Part shown: positions 21,775 through 32,346 of the stretch, in pieces
Layout of the letters: every line of letters starts with the position of its first letter
Numbering within the stretch: position 1 is the stretch's first letter
Origin: Peptococcaceae bacterium UBA7702
GTDB taxonomy: Bacteria > Bacillota > Dehalobacteriia > UBA7702
DNA length: 64,000 nt
NCBI GenBank assembly: GCA_002482535.1
Contig: DLGE01000011.1
Location: 2,600 to 66,599 of the forward strand
Direction: 5' to 3'
The notes under the pieces: model-generated
What the model saw: the letters and a program-made list of their open reading frames with translations, nothing else
What the model was told of the DNA's origin: nothing
The model's database searches: none
Made by a program: the position numbers and the translations under genes

Positions 21775-23883
21775 TCAATCAAAATCGCGATCTTCTTTTT
21801 TCAATTCGAATTTCCCAATCAATTCCTTGAGCATTTGCGCCTGACCGGAAAGCTCTTCGCTGGCGGCGGCGCTTTCTTCCGCCGTGGCGCTGTTGGTTTG
21901 CACCACACTGGAGATCTGTTCCATGCCGATGTTCACTTGATCCGCCGCCTTCGCCTGATCTTCACTGGCGTCAGCAATTTTCTGAATCACTTCATCAGAT
22001 CGTTCGGTGCCTTCGGCGATCTTTTCCAAGGCTTTCGCGGTTTCCGTTACGATTTTCGAGCCGTTTTCAATGGCGGCCCGGGAACTTTCAATCAACGTCG
22101 CGGTGTTCTTGGCGCTCTCTGCGGATTTACCCGCGAGGTTTCTCACTTCTTCCGCCACAACGGCAAAACCTTTCCCCGCCGAACCGGCCCGGGCGGCCTC
22201 CACCGCCGCGTTAAGGGCTAAGATATTCGTTTGGAAGGCGATGTCGTCGATGTTTTCGATGATTTTGCCGATCTTGTTGGAGGCGTTGCTGATTTCGTCC
22301 ATGGCCTTGATCATCAGATCCATCTGTACCTTGCCTTCGGCGGTGGTCTGCCCGTTCAGGAAAGAGATTTCCTTGGCCTTCGCCGCATTTTCCGCGTTGG
22401 CCTTTATCTGCCCGGTAATCTCACTGATCGTCGCGGAGAGTTCTTCAATGGCGCCGGCTTGTTCCGCCGCGCCCTGGGACAGTGACTGAGCCCCTTCCGA
22501 TACCTGGGTCGCGCCCTCAAAAACTTGGTCTGCGGACATATCCATTTCCGCGAAAATCTCGTTTAACGATTGAATGATGTCGTTGAGACTCATTTTGATC
22601 GCATTGAAATTGCCGATGTATTCCCTGGTAACTGTCTGATTAAGATTTCCATTGGCAATTTCCGTTAGTATCTCTGAAATTTCGCTAATATAGTTGTTTA
22701 GGATTTCCGCGGTATGTTCATTGATTCTGGTGAGCTTGCCCAGCTCGTCGTTGGCATAGTGATCGGCTTTTTCGATATTCAGGTTGCCCTGACCCATCTC
22801 TTCAATGTGATGCACAATCTTGCCCACCGGCGCCAAAGACTTCTTGAGATTTCTGTAAACAATAAAGGAAAGGATCAGCAGGCCCGCTACGGTAATGGCA
22901 ATGACCATAATAATCATCAGCCGGACGGATTGATAGGCTTCGGATTCATCCAAGGAAAACTGAGATGACCAGGTTTTTTCAATCCCCTCTACCTTCACTG
23001 GCATATTGTAGATGATTGCCTTGTTCAAGGTTTCTGGATTCGTACCTTCTATTTTGGTTTCCGTCGTATTTTTGATCGCTTCGAGTCTTTCCGCATCACC
23101 ATCATTGGTTACCTCAAACTGCACACCCTCATGATCCTTATTGGCGGTATCCACAAGGTAGGTCCCTTCCTGAGTCAAAAGACAACCTTGCGCTGTTTCA
23201 TAACCGCCCATATTATACTTTAAGTCTAAAAAGACATCGGCTAAAATGTCACAATTCGCCACCCCCATAAACTCCCCATCTTCGTTGAAGACGGGATTAC
23301 TCAGGGTAACGAGCCAGACCACTTCACCATTGGTCAGTTCATAGTTATATGGTTCTGTAATATGAGCCGCCATTTTTTCCTTTGAAACAGCATAGTATTC
23401 TCCGGTATTATAGACGGCATAATCGTTTAACACGTCAATGGCAACGTCGCTGCCGTCCCTGTATACATAATAGGATAAACCATCGGGGGTATCGGGGAAA
23501 TACAGATTTGGCTCAAAAGCATAGTAGGCCGAAAAGATGTTTTCATCCACCAAAACGCTTTCCAACGAATCGCGAAGCAATTTATCCGCCATTTCACGGT
23601 CAAATCCTCTGTAATTCGCCACGTTATTGGCCAATGATTTGGAGAAGTTGTCCATCTTTGCCAAATAGTTTGCAATCATTTCACTGTTATACACCGCAAG
23701 CTCTCTAATCTCATTTTCTTGCTTTTGCGTAAAAGCGTTTTGTAAAACCACGCTCAGTGCAACAATCACCACCACCATGACAATCAACAGCGGAACCATC
23801 GTCCTGATCAGTATTTTATTTGTCAAGCTCTTTGTTTTTGTTACACTTTGACTGCCTCCGGTTTTTTTAAATGACTTTTTCAC
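21775..23883 (-). CDS. methyl-accepting chemotaxis protein, paralog 4 of 5
   Basis: The architecture is the same as MCP1. This is the most divergent paralog, in both the N-terminal and sensor regions. Confidence 0.85.
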   Translation of the reverse strand: MKKSFKKTGGSQSVTKTKSLTNKILIRTMVPLLIVMVVVIVALSVVLQNAFTQKQENEIRELAVYNSEMIANYLAKMDNFSKSLANNVANYRGFDREMADKLLRDSLESVLVDENIFSAYYAFEPNLYFPDTPDGLSYYVYRDGSDVAIDVLNDYAVYNTGEYYAVSKEKMAAHITEPYNYELTNGEVVWLVTLSNPVFNEDGEFMGVANCDILADVFLDLKYNMGGYETAQGCLLTQEGTYLVDTANKDHEGVQFEVTNDGDAERLEAIKNTTETKIEGTNPETLNKAIIYNMPVKVEGIEKTWSSQFSLDESEAYQSVRLMIIMVIAITVAGLLILSFIVYRNLKKSLAPVGKIVHHIEEMGQGNLNIEKADHYANDELGKLTRINEHTAEILNNYISEISEILTEIANGNLNQTVTREYIGNFNAIKMSLNDIIQSLNEIFAEMDMSADQVFEGATQVSEGAQSLSQGAAEQAGAIEELSATISEITGQIKANAENAAKAKEISFLNGQTTAEGKVQMDLMIKAMDEISNASNKIGKIIENIDDIAFQTNILALNAAVEAARAGSAGKGFAVVAEEVRNLAGKSAESAKNTATLIESSRAAIENGSKIVTETAKALEKIAEGTERSDEVIQKIADASEDQAKAADQVNIGMEQISSVVQTNSATAEESAAASEELSGQAQMLKELIGKFELKKEDRDFD

Positions 23884-23921
23884 TGTAACACCCTCCTAAT
23901 GTTATTTATAACCTATATTTT

Positions 23922-23949
23922 ATATCTGTATAATTTCATTCAATATTTA
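23922..23949 (-). promoter_or_regulatory. sigma-D/FliA-type promoter candidate for MCP4
   Basis: On the minus strand the sequence reads TAAA, then 16 nt, then ACAGATAT. Confidence 0.4.
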
Positions 23950-24104
23950 ATTATTTGTTATTATTTATTTATTTTGCGCTATCCATAGGCTTGAGGAGCG
24001 GTTTTTCGTTTTGCCTTCCCTATTCTATGACGAAGCCGGCCAAAGCTACAAAGAAAGAAGCCACCTATATGATATAGGTGGCTTCAGATTTAATTTACAA
24101 TACC

Positions 24105-26213
24105 TTACCGATCAAAATCGTGATCTTCTTCTTTCAGTTCGAATTTTCCGATTAGTTCTTTGAGCATTTGCGACTGGCCGGAAAGTTCTTCGCTGGCGGC
24201 GGCGCTTTCCTCCGCAGTGGCGCTGTTGGTTTGCACCACACCGGAAATCTGTTCCATGCCGATGTTCACTTGATCCGCCGCTTTCGCCTGTTCTTCACTG
24301 GCGTCGGCAATTTCCTGAACCACCAGGTTGGATCTTTCGGTACCCTCGGCGATTTTTTCCAAGGCTTTCGCCGTTTCCGTGACGATTTTCGAACCGTTTT
24401 CAATGGCGGCCCGAGAGCTTTCAATCAAAGCAGCGGTGTTCTTGGCGCTCTCCGCGGATTTACCCGCGAGGTTTCTCACTTCTTCCGCGACAACGGCAAA
24501 TCCTTTCCCTGCCGAACCGGCCCGGGCGGCTTCTACCGCCGCGTTAAGAGCTAAAATATTCGTTTGGAAAGCGATGTCGTCGATATTTTCAATGATCTTG
24601 CCGATCTTGTTGGAGGCGTTGCTGATTTCGTCCATGGCCTTGATCATCAGATCCATCTGCACCTTGCCTTCGGCGGTGGTCTGCCCGTTCAGGAAAGAGA
24701 TTTCCTTGGCCTTCGCCGCATTTTCCGCGTTGGCTTTTATTTGGCTGGTAATCTCACTGATCGTAGCGGAGAGCTCTTCAATGGCGCCGGCTTGTTCCGC
24801 CGCACCCTGGGACAGCGACTGGGCTCCTTCCGATACCTGAGACGCCCCTTCAAAGACTTGGTCCGCGGACATATCCATTTCGGCGAAGACACTGTTTAAC
24901 GATTTGATGATGTTATTCAAGCTTACCTTGATTTCATTAAAGTCACCAATGTATTCTCTGGTAACCTCCTGATTGAGATTTCCGTTGGAGATCTTTGTCA
25001 GCACCTCCGAAATTTCGCTGATGTAGCTATTGAGGATCTCTGCGGTGTTTTCATTGATTTTCGTGAGTTTACCCAACTCGTCGTTGGTATAGTGATCGGC
25101 TTTTTCGATGTTCAGGTTGCCGTGACCCATCTGTTCGATGTTGTGTACGATCTTGCCCACCGGGGCCAAGGACTTTCTGAGATTTCTGAAAATGATGAAA
25201 GCAAGGAGGAGGAGACCAACTACGGTGATGGAAACGACAATGATGATCATCGTCCGAACAGATTCATAAGCTTCGGATTCATCCAAGGAGAACTGATAGG
25301 ACCAGGTTTTCTCAATCCCTTCTACCTGCACGGGCATATTGTAGATGATTGCCTTATTCAAAGTTTCCGGATTCGTGCCATCGATTTGGGTTTCCGTGGT
25401 ATTTTTGATGGCGTCGAGTCTTTCCGCGTCCCCTTTATTGGTGGCCTCAAATGCTGTCCCGGCGTTATCGGCATTGGCGGAATCCACAAGGTAGGTGCCT
25501 TCCTGGGTTAAAAGACAGCCTTCAGACGTTTCATAACCGCCCATATCATAATCGAGGCCTAAGAAAACCTCGGCTAAAATATCGCAGTTTGTCACGCCGA
25601 TAAAATCTCCGTCGGCATTAAATATTGGCTGGCTCATGGAAACCAAGTAAACCGTTTCACCGTTTGTCAGCTCATACTCATATGGTTCCGTAATATGACC
25701 CGCCAACTTCTCCTGGGAAACCGTATAGTATTCTCCAGTGGAATAGACATCATAATTGTTTAACACATCAATGGCCTGGTCATCCCCGTCTCTGTATACA
25801 TAGTAGGATATACCTTCGGGAGTATCGGGGAAATACATATTCGGCTCAAAGGCATAATAGGCCGAAAAGATGTTTTCATCCACCAAAACGCTTTCCAACG
25901 AATCGCGAAGCAGTTGATCCGCCGTATCATAGTCAAAATTTCTGTAATTCGCCACGTTGTTCGCCAACGATTTGGAGAAGTTATCCATCTTCTCCAAATA
26001 GCTCACAACGATTTTGCTGTTATACGCCGCAATCTCTTTGATTTCATTCTCTTGTTTTTCCGTAAAGGCGTTTTGCAAAACCACGCTCAGGGTAACAATC
26101 ACCACCAACATGACAAAAAACAGCGCCACCATTGTTTTGATCAAGATTTTGTTGGTTAAGCTCTTTGTTTTCAGGCCATTTGGCTCCGTGCTTTTTAAAA
26201 ATTTTTTCTTCAT
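24105..26213 (-). CDS. methyl-accepting chemotaxis protein, paralog 5 of 5
   Basis: The architecture is the same as MCP1. Confidence 0.85.
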   Translation of the reverse strand: MKKKFLKSTEPNGLKTKSLTNKILIKTMVALFFVMLVVIVTLSVVLQNAFTEKQENEIKEIAAYNSKIVVSYLEKMDNFSKSLANNVANYRNFDYDTADQLLRDSLESVLVDENIFSAYYAFEPNMYFPDTPEGISYYVYRDGDDQAIDVLNNYDVYSTGEYYTVSQEKLAGHITEPYEYELTNGETVYLVSMSQPIFNADGDFIGVTNCDILAEVFLGLDYDMGGYETSEGCLLTQEGTYLVDSANADNAGTAFEATNKGDAERLDAIKNTTETQIDGTNPETLNKAIIYNMPVQVEGIEKTWSYQFSLDESEAYESVRTMIIIVVSITVVGLLLLAFIIFRNLRKSLAPVGKIVHNIEQMGHGNLNIEKADHYTNDELGKLTKINENTAEILNSYISEISEVLTKISNGNLNQEVTREYIGDFNEIKVSLNNIIKSLNSVFAEMDMSADQVFEGASQVSEGAQSLSQGAAEQAGAIEELSATISEITSQIKANAENAAKAKEISFLNGQTTAEGKVQMDLMIKAMDEISNASNKIGKIIENIDDIAFQTNILALNAAVEAARAGSAGKGFAVVAEEVRNLAGKSAESAKNTAALIESSRAAIENGSKIVTETAKALEKIAEGTERSNLVVQEIADASEEQAKAADQVNIGMEQISGVVQTNSATAEESAAASEELSGQSQMLKELIGKFELKEEDHDFDR

Positions 26214-26259
26214 ATCTCATCTCTCCTCGCAAAGTAATTTAGTAATTCCTTTTTTCTTT

Positions 26260-26287
26260 ATATCTGTTATATTCTCCCGATTATTTA
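26260..26287 (-). promoter_or_regulatory. sigma-D/FliA-type promoter candidate for MCP5
   Basis: On the minus strand the sequence reads TAAA, then 16 nt, then ACAGATAT. Confidence 0.4.
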
Positions 26288-26419
26288 TCATTACGGTTTA
26301 TTTTTATAAAAGAATCAGCCGCCGTTATGGAGGCATAACAGTGTGTCGGTAAAGTGTCTTTTTTCGCTCTTTCGGGTACAGGGCAAACTCCTAATATCAC
26401 CACCACAGTCCCCTTCTTT

Positions 26420-26465
26420 TACGAAAAAAGGTCCAGCCATCATCATCGACTTTGGCTGGACTTTT
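26420..26465 (-). terminator. rho-independent terminator downstream of the sortase/adhesin operon
   Basis: A ggtccagccaaagtcgatgatgatggctggacc hairpin is followed by a T-run on the minus strand. Confidence 0.6.
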
Positions 26466-26543
26466 CCTTGGGTTATGATTTAATTTAAGGGATTTTGTCA
26501 CTGCTTGACTTATTTATATTTATTCATTCTTTATTCTTTGTTT

Positions 26544-27203
26544 TTATTTTTCAGTCAAATCACAGCGGATGATCAGCCGCTGGGTCGCCACGCGTATCGG
26601 CGTACAGGTGATTAGCGTCATTTCATAGGCGTCGTTGCTGTTTAATACCCACACGTCTTCCGGGTCAACCACAAAGATATCGCTGACCGTATAAGTGAAG
26701 GTGTCGCCGCCATATTGGGCGATCACTTCGTCCCCTTTCGCCATCTCACCGAGACGGTTGAAGAACTCACCCCAAGCGTAACTGCGGTGGCCGGTGATAC
26801 AACAGTTACCGGCTTCTCCGGGCAGCGCCGTGCCCTTGAAATGACCTACCGCATATTTAAGGGTTTTCTTATCAACGCCTTCGCCGATGGCGACACGTAC
26901 GTCGATGGCGGGGATGGATAAAACACCCACCACCTCAATGGAACCCTTGCCGACTTGGAGCAGATCGTCGGGATTTGGCAGCATCGTCATCTTCTCGCCT
27001 TTTCCCGTAACCTCCGCGGCACGTCCGGTTTCGTACTGGCGGATCAACGCGTTTTGTTGATCATTCGTATACCATTTGACACCGGCCACAGCAAGGATCA
27101 GCAAGAGGCCGGCGCTGATCAAAATGAGGGAAAGGACGCGGACAATGCGGCGGGATGGCTTTTCCCTTTCTTTCTTAGCCGGAAGCTGCTTTTCCTTTGC
27201 CAT
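26544..27203 (-). CDS. sortase family transpeptidase
   Basis: The product has an N-terminal TM anchor, a catalytic TLITCTP (TLxTC) motif and a conserved downstream Arg. The gene overlaps or abuts the adhesin gene. Confidence 0.8.
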   Translation of the reverse strand: MAKEKQLPAKKEREKPSRRIVRVLSLILISAGLLLILAVAGVKWYTNDQQNALIRQYETGRAAEVTGKGEKMTMLPNPDDLLQVGKGSIEVVGVLSIPAIDVRVAIGEGVDKKTLKYAVGHFKGTALPGEAGNCCITGHRSYAWGEFFNRLGEMAKGDEVIAQYGGDTFTYTVSDIFVVDPEDVWVLNSNDAYEMTLITCTPIRVATQRLIIRCDLTEK

Positions 27204-27204
27204 G

Positions 27205-30200
27205 TCAGCTGTTTTTAGCCCCCCGTTTGCGATTGAGCAAACCGATGGTAGCGCCGCTGAGGATCAGGAAGATCCCGGCTAAAACCAGCATTTTGCCATC
27301 CCAAAACATGCCGGATTGAGGCAGCTTCTTTTTGGCCGTATTTTCCACGGTGTAAGTATACGTTTTTGCCAGTTCTGTGGTAACGCTGATCGTTGCCGTA
27401 CTGGCAATGTAACCGTCGGGTGCTTTTGTTTCGGTAATCGTATAGGCGCCGGGCATCACATCGTGAAAAGTCGCTAAACCGTTGCTGCCAGTCGTGGCGG
27501 TGGCGACAATGGTGCCGCCTGTATTGAACAGCGTAAATACAGCGCCGGAAAGGGCTTGCTTGGTGGAAGCGTCCACTTTCTTGATTTGGATCGTCGCGCC
27601 GATACGCTTATTTACCACCGTATAGGGGGAAGCTTTGACCACCGTATCCACATCCTTCGCGGTTAAGGTTATGGGAATCACTGCCGTGGAAAGGGTATAC
27701 CCTGCCGGGGCGCTGATTTCCTTGATGGTATAGGTGCCGATAAGGACGTCGGCAAAGGTGACTTTACCGTCGGCGGCAGAGGTCGCCTGAGATATGAGCT
27801 TGTTATTGCCATCATAAAGCCCGAATACCGCGCCGGCCAAAGCAGCGCCGGTATCGTCGGTTTTCTTCAGCTCAACGGTGGCGATCTGGGTGGCCGGATC
27901 GATTTCGTTCACGAAAGGACCGTCGGGTGTCAATACCAGATCCATGCCGGTATTTTCTTCGTTATAGGAAATGACCGCGGTCAGTTCCGTTTGACTCAAA
28001 AGATAATCTTTGGGCGCCACAGTTTCCCGGATCGTATACGTTCCCACACCCACGTCGACAAAGCGTACGAGGCCATCGATGCCAGAGGTAGCACTTTGCA
28101 ACAGTGCGTTTTCGCTGTTATAAAGTCCGAAGGTCGCCCCCTGCAAGGGGTTTACACCATTGGTTTTGGTGAATTCGATATCAATGGGAGCAATGGGTGC
28201 GTCCACAATCGCTCCCTCAGGAGAAATGTCAACGATACACGCGGTTTTATCCTCGTTATAGGTAATACCGATGGTAATTTCCGCATCGTAGATCAGATAT
28301 CCAATGGGCGATGATGTTTCCAGCGCCGTGTAGCTGCCGGCGGGAATTTCCGTAAAACGCACCACGCCGAATTCATCGGAAGTTGCGGTAGCCACCTCTT
28401 CGCTGTCTTGATCGTAAAGGGTGAAGACCGCGCCAGCCAAGGCATTGACGCCGTCGGTTTTGTTAAATTCCACGGTGGCCGTGGGCAACGGGCGGTTTTC
28501 GATGCTGTCATTTTCCGAGGTAATCGTGACAACGGTTGCGGTTTTATCTTCATTGTAGGTCACCGTGGCGGTGATGGTCTCACTGGATTCTACATAACCG
28601 TCGGGGGCTATGGTTTCTGCAACACTGTAAGTGCCAAGAGGCAGATCAGAAAAGGTCACGACGCCGTCCACCGCCGCAGCGGTGCGGCTGACGTCTTCAT
28701 TGTTATAATCGGTGCCGGTGAGGGTAAAGGTGCCGCCAGAAAGCGTCGCATCATCAGTGGCTGTTTTATCAAAGCTCAAGGTACCTAAAGCATCTTCGTC
28801 GGAGGTTGTGTAAAGAGCGTTTTCATTCAGACGGTCGCCGCCGATGTAGTCCGTATTGAGCAAATAACCGTCGGGGGTTCCTACTTCCACCACATAAAAG
28901 ACCCAGGAGGGCAAATTGCTGAAAACAGCATTGCCGCTGGCATTGGTGGTGGCTTCCACATATTTTCCGCCTTTGAGAATAGGATCCTTATTGAAGTTCA
29001 AGAGACGGTAAATGGCGCCTTCCACGGGATCCCCCGAACCATTCACCTTGTTGACCGTCAACTTCATGCTGCCGCTGCCTCCGGAAGACCACAGGTTGTT
29101 GATCTCAATCCGGGAGGCTTCCGCGGTACCGGAAGGGCTGCTGCTGGTGCCGGTAAGGGAAATCTTATTTACCGTATTCAAATCGTCGGCAATGATAAAG
29201 GTCGTAAATTCCAAACGGTAGGCGGCTTTGCTGTCAGGCAGCGTCACGGTGAGGGTATTGTTATTGGCCGCCGTCGGTAAGGTAACGGCATAACCGGAAG
29301 TCACCAAAGTTCCCTCCGCCGCGGCTTGCACGGAACCGTCGCTGTTGACAGCGACCCGATAGAGCTTGACGCTGTCTTCGTCCACCATCAGAGCGGGATC
29401 AAGAACGTCGCTGACGGAAGCGTTGGTCAACTGAATCTGGCCGGGATTGATCACGGCGGACCAGTCGATATGGTCAGAGCCGGTTTGGTATTGATATGTT
29501 TTGGTAACCACGGGGTTTTTGATTTTGGCGGTGGCCGTGACGTTGATCGGTGTGCCGATTTCATCCCCGTCAATGGAAGCTTTGTTGATGAAGTCCCTTT
29601 CGCCGGACCATTGCTGTTTCAGCGTCTCATCGGTTAACCGCGTATAGAAGGTGATGGTATATTGGTTGTCGATGGCCGATGAAAATTTATATTCAAAGGA
29701 CGTATCACCGTTGACACCGGTGGTGGGGGCTGTGGCCAGGGGCGTTGTTGCACCGCTTTCCAACACGGTAAAGGGATGCTCACTGTCAATCAAAAGCACC
29801 ATGCCCGGAGGAAGCGTATCGGTAACGACAGCGTTGGTCAAGGGGAGTTTATTGCGGTTGACCACGATCTGCCATTGCGCCGTATGGGTCGCGTAATCAT
29901 AGCTCCCCACCAAGGATTTGGCAATCATTTGACTGTTGTAGGTCTTTGTGCCGTCCACGGGAAGGTCTGTTTGACCGTCACGCCTTAAGACGACTTTATT
30001 GCCGAATCCCACTGAGTTATTGTTTACGTAAAGCGAGGAAAAATCAACGATTTTCGTAGAATACGTTACGGTATAGGCAGTGCTAATACTGCCAAAGGCA
30101 TAGGAAAAATCACGCACAAAACTGTCGGTAGAGGTGAATGCCGCTGTAGCCGTTGGCGTAGTCGTCGAAAATACAGTCGTGGAACCCTGTTTCACGGTAA

Positions 30201-31851
30201 AGGGATGGTCGGCGTCAATCAGGAGTTGCTGATTGGCGGGAATCGTATCCTTGATGGAGGCATTCGTCATAGAAATGGCGTTACGGTTTACGGTGGTGGT
30301 CCAAGTGATATAGCCGGGAGGAGCAAAATTCGTGGTAGAACCGGCGGATTTGGCTAAGAGACCGCCGCTGCCCACGCCGGTGGCGGTAGCTGTGTCTCCC
30401 GGCGGATTGCTGCTGTCGCTCATTTCCGTCCAGCTTAATTTCGCCCTGTTGGTAAAGTTTACCGTACCGTTGTTGTTGAGCATCGCGTCGCGGTTGGTAA
30501 CCTTCGTATAATAGGTCAGCGTGGCGTTGCCGCTTAAAGCGGCGGGAAAACGGTATTCCAGGGTACTTGCGGTCGCTACATCGGTGTAAGTATAGGTGTA
30601 GGTGCCGGCTGTAGTCCCTGAGTTAACGGTGGTCGCCGCGGTGGCGCCGATCTTGACCTGCACGGGATAAGTCGCATTGTTCAGCAATTCCAATCCCGCG
30701 GGGAGGGTATCGGTAATTTTGACGCCGGTGATCGATTCATCCCCGGGCACCGTTGCATTCACCGTCCATTTCAACACCATGGTTCCGTCACTGGTGGTCT
30801 CTTGGGTACCGGATTTACCGATCCAGTCCGTCTTGACAGTAGCCAGAGCGGGCTCCGTTACGGCTTCGCTCCCCCAGAAAATGGTGGCGGTGTTGGTAAA
30901 GGAGGAAGATTCCGTTGCGGTACTGGCTCCTGTTTCCGCTTTAAACGTCGTCGGCGTCGTTTTATAGGTAATGACTTGTTCGCCGGTGGTGCCGGCGGGG
31001 AAGGTGTAAGAAACCTGGTTGGCGGTGGTCAGATCAAGGCTGCCATCGGGAATATTGGTCGTTCCGACATAGAAAGAGCCGGCTTTATAGGTCTGATTGG
31101 AACTGTACACGTCCACGAGGTTATATTCACCCAAATCGACACCGCTGGGAGGCGTCGCCGTTACGGTCCAGGTGATATCGTTGGTGGAGGCATTGTATAC
31201 GCCGCTCTTTGCCAATTCGATTTCGGGAAGGGGCGGCACTTCACGATTAATGATCACGGTTTCCGTACCGAAGGTCACTTGAGTGGAAGTATTGTCGTCA
31301 GGACCGAGCTCCTTAAAGGTACCGTTCACACCGACTTTTCCCCACATATTGCTATGGTTGGCCACATCGGCGTTGAAGTTGACGCGGATCGTATTGCTGT
31401 CGGTAAATTGCCAGGTACCCAAAACCCAGGAGCCGGTTTCCGTATCTTCGGCAGTAATATCATGGGTTTCCCCTATCACATAGGCAAAGTCAATGCCGTT
31501 GGGAAGGGTAACGGTAAAATAGTTACTGCCGGAATACGAATAGAATTCTCCCTCTCCGTCACCGTCTTCCAAGTGGAACACATATTCCAGGCTGATGGTG
31601 GCATCGGCGGGAACATCGTTATACGTATTGCTCACCGGTAAGATCGCATTGCCATCGGCGTCTTTTACCGATAGGGATGACGGTCCGCCGGTTTCGGCGT
31701 AACTGCCGGTGGTGTTATGAATCGCCAGGTAATCGCTTTGATTGGTAAGATTGTCCGGCGTATCCGCAAAGATGGATACGATGGGTAGCGACAGCAAAGC
31801 AAAACATACGACCAACAATAATTTTATAAGACGATTCTTTTTCTTTTTCAT
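27205..31851 (-). CDS. 1548-aa cell-wall-anchored surface adhesin or pilin-like protein with six C-terminal CnaB/SpaA-type (prealbumin-fold) domains and an LPQSG sorting signal
   Basis: The signal peptide is MKKKKNRLIKLLLVVCFALLSLPIVSIFA. The N-terminal ~950 aa is a Thr/Ser-rich beta-rich region. Six repeats of about 95 aa each contain G(T/A)YT(I/L)xE(T/I)xAPxGY. The C-terminus is LPQSG, a hydrophobic stretch, then NRKRGAKNS. Confidence 0.8.
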   Translation of the reverse strand: MKKKKNRLIKLLLVVCFALLSLPIVSIFADTPDNLTNQSDYLAIHNTTGSYAETGGPSSLSVKDADGNAILPVSNTYNDVPADATISLEYVFHLEDGDGEGEFYSYSGSNYFTVTLPNGIDFAYVIGETHDITAEDTETGSWVLGTWQFTDSNTIRVNFNADVANHSNMWGKVGVNGTFKELGPDDNTSTQVTFGTETVIINREVPPLPEIELAKSGVYNASTNDITWTVTATPPSGVDLGEYNLVDVYSSNQTYKAGSFYVGTTNIPDGSLDLTTANQVSYTFPAGTTGEQVITYKTTPTTFKAETGASTATESSSFTNTATIFWGSEAVTEPALATVKTDWIGKSGTQETTSDGTMVLKWTVNATVPGDESITGVKITDTLPAGLELLNNATYPVQVKIGATAATTVNSGTTAGTYTYTYTDVATASTLEYRFPAALSGNATLTYYTKVTNRDAMLNNNGTVNFTNRAKLSWTEMSDSSNPPGDTATATGVGSGGLLAKSAGSTTNFAPPGYITWTTTVNRNAISMTNASIKDTIPANQQLLIDADHPFTVKQGSTTVFSTTTPTATAAFTSTDSFVRDFSYAFGSISTAYTVTYSTKIVDFSSLYVNNNSVGFGNKVVLRRDGQTDLPVDGTKTYNSQMIAKSLVGSYDYATHTAQWQIVVNRNKLPLTNAVVTDTLPPGMVLLIDSEHPFTVLESGATTPLATAPTTGVNGDTSFEYKFSSAIDNQYTITFYTRLTDETLKQQWSGERDFINKASIDGDEIGTPINVTATAKIKNPVVTKTYQYQTGSDHIDWSAVINPGQIQLTNASVSDVLDPALMVDEDSVKLYRVAVNSDGSVQAAAEGTLVTSGYAVTLPTAANNNTLTVTLPDSKAAYRLEFTTFIIADDLNTVNKISLTGTSSSPSGTAEASRIEINNLWSSGGSGSMKLTVNKVNGSGDPVEGAIYRLLNFNKDPILKGGKYVEATTNASGNAVFSNLPSWVFYVVEVGTPDGYLLNTDYIGGDRLNENALYTTSDEDALGTLSFDKTATDDATLSGGTFTLTGTDYNNEDVSRTAAAVDGVVTFSDLPLGTYSVAETIAPDGYVESSETITATVTYNEDKTATVVTITSENDSIENRPLPTATVEFNKTDGVNALAGAVFTLYDQDSEEVATATSDEFGVVRFTEIPAGSYTALETSSPIGYLIYDAEITIGITYNEDKTACIVDISPEGAIVDAPIAPIDIEFTKTNGVNPLQGATFGLYNSENALLQSATSGIDGLVRFVDVGVGTYTIRETVAPKDYLLSQTELTAVISYNEENTGMDLVLTPDGPFVNEIDPATQIATVELKKTDDTGAALAGAVFGLYDGNNKLISQATSAADGKVTFADVLIGTYTIKEISAPAGYTLSTAVIPITLTAKDVDTVVKASPYTVVNKRIGATIQIKKVDASTKQALSGAVFTLFNTGGTIVATATTGSNGLATFHDVMPGAYTITETKAPDGYIASTATISVTTELAKTYTYTVENTAKKKLPQSGMFWDGKMLVLAGIFLILSGATIGLLNRKRGAKNS

Positions 31852-32346
31852 TTGCTTACCCTTCCTTTCTCTAAATAGCGCTTCTTTATACTACGTCACT
31901 TTACGTTGCCTTCCATCAGCCAAATTGTTCGAAGGATGCATAACATAAATAGATACCCATTATACAATGGAATTAATCATATTTGAAATTAGTTTATCAT
32001 ATGTTACTACAATCGTCTATCACTTTTTTATCACATTTTTCTCTTAATTTCACAACGTTGCCTGGTTAGGACAGATTTTCCCCGGACACAAATGGTATAT
32101 GCTTGTTAAATGAATGGATTCCGTTGGATCTGATTTGGGTTTGGACTGAAACATAGAGTTCTTTGCTATTTTTTTCGTGCCTTTTCATCATAAGCATGGT
32201 ATAATGTGATTACCGATCGAAACGATTTCTCCCCTCTTTCGGCAATCATCAGGGGAAAAAGGAGAGATCCTTTTGATTTTAGCGGTCGCCGTTTAGATAA
32301 AACCTGAAAAACGGCACATACTAAGAAAAAAGTGAGGGGAAACGCG

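Noticed and set aside
14577-26352. Recurring plus-strand ORFs of 60-275 aa inside the MCP genes, for example [14 protein letters not shown]... and [13 protein letters not shown]...
   Set aside because: These are antisense frames of the highly similar MCP coding sequences. They are repeated only because the MCP genes are paralogous, they have no RBS, and they are Ala/Ser-rich artefacts of GC-skewed codons.
27205-31851. Many overlapping plus-strand ORFs of 60-280 aa inside the adhesin gene
   Set aside because: They are antisense to a single continuous 1548-aa frame that has a signal peptide, repeats and a sorting signal. They are Gly/Val-rich artefacts.
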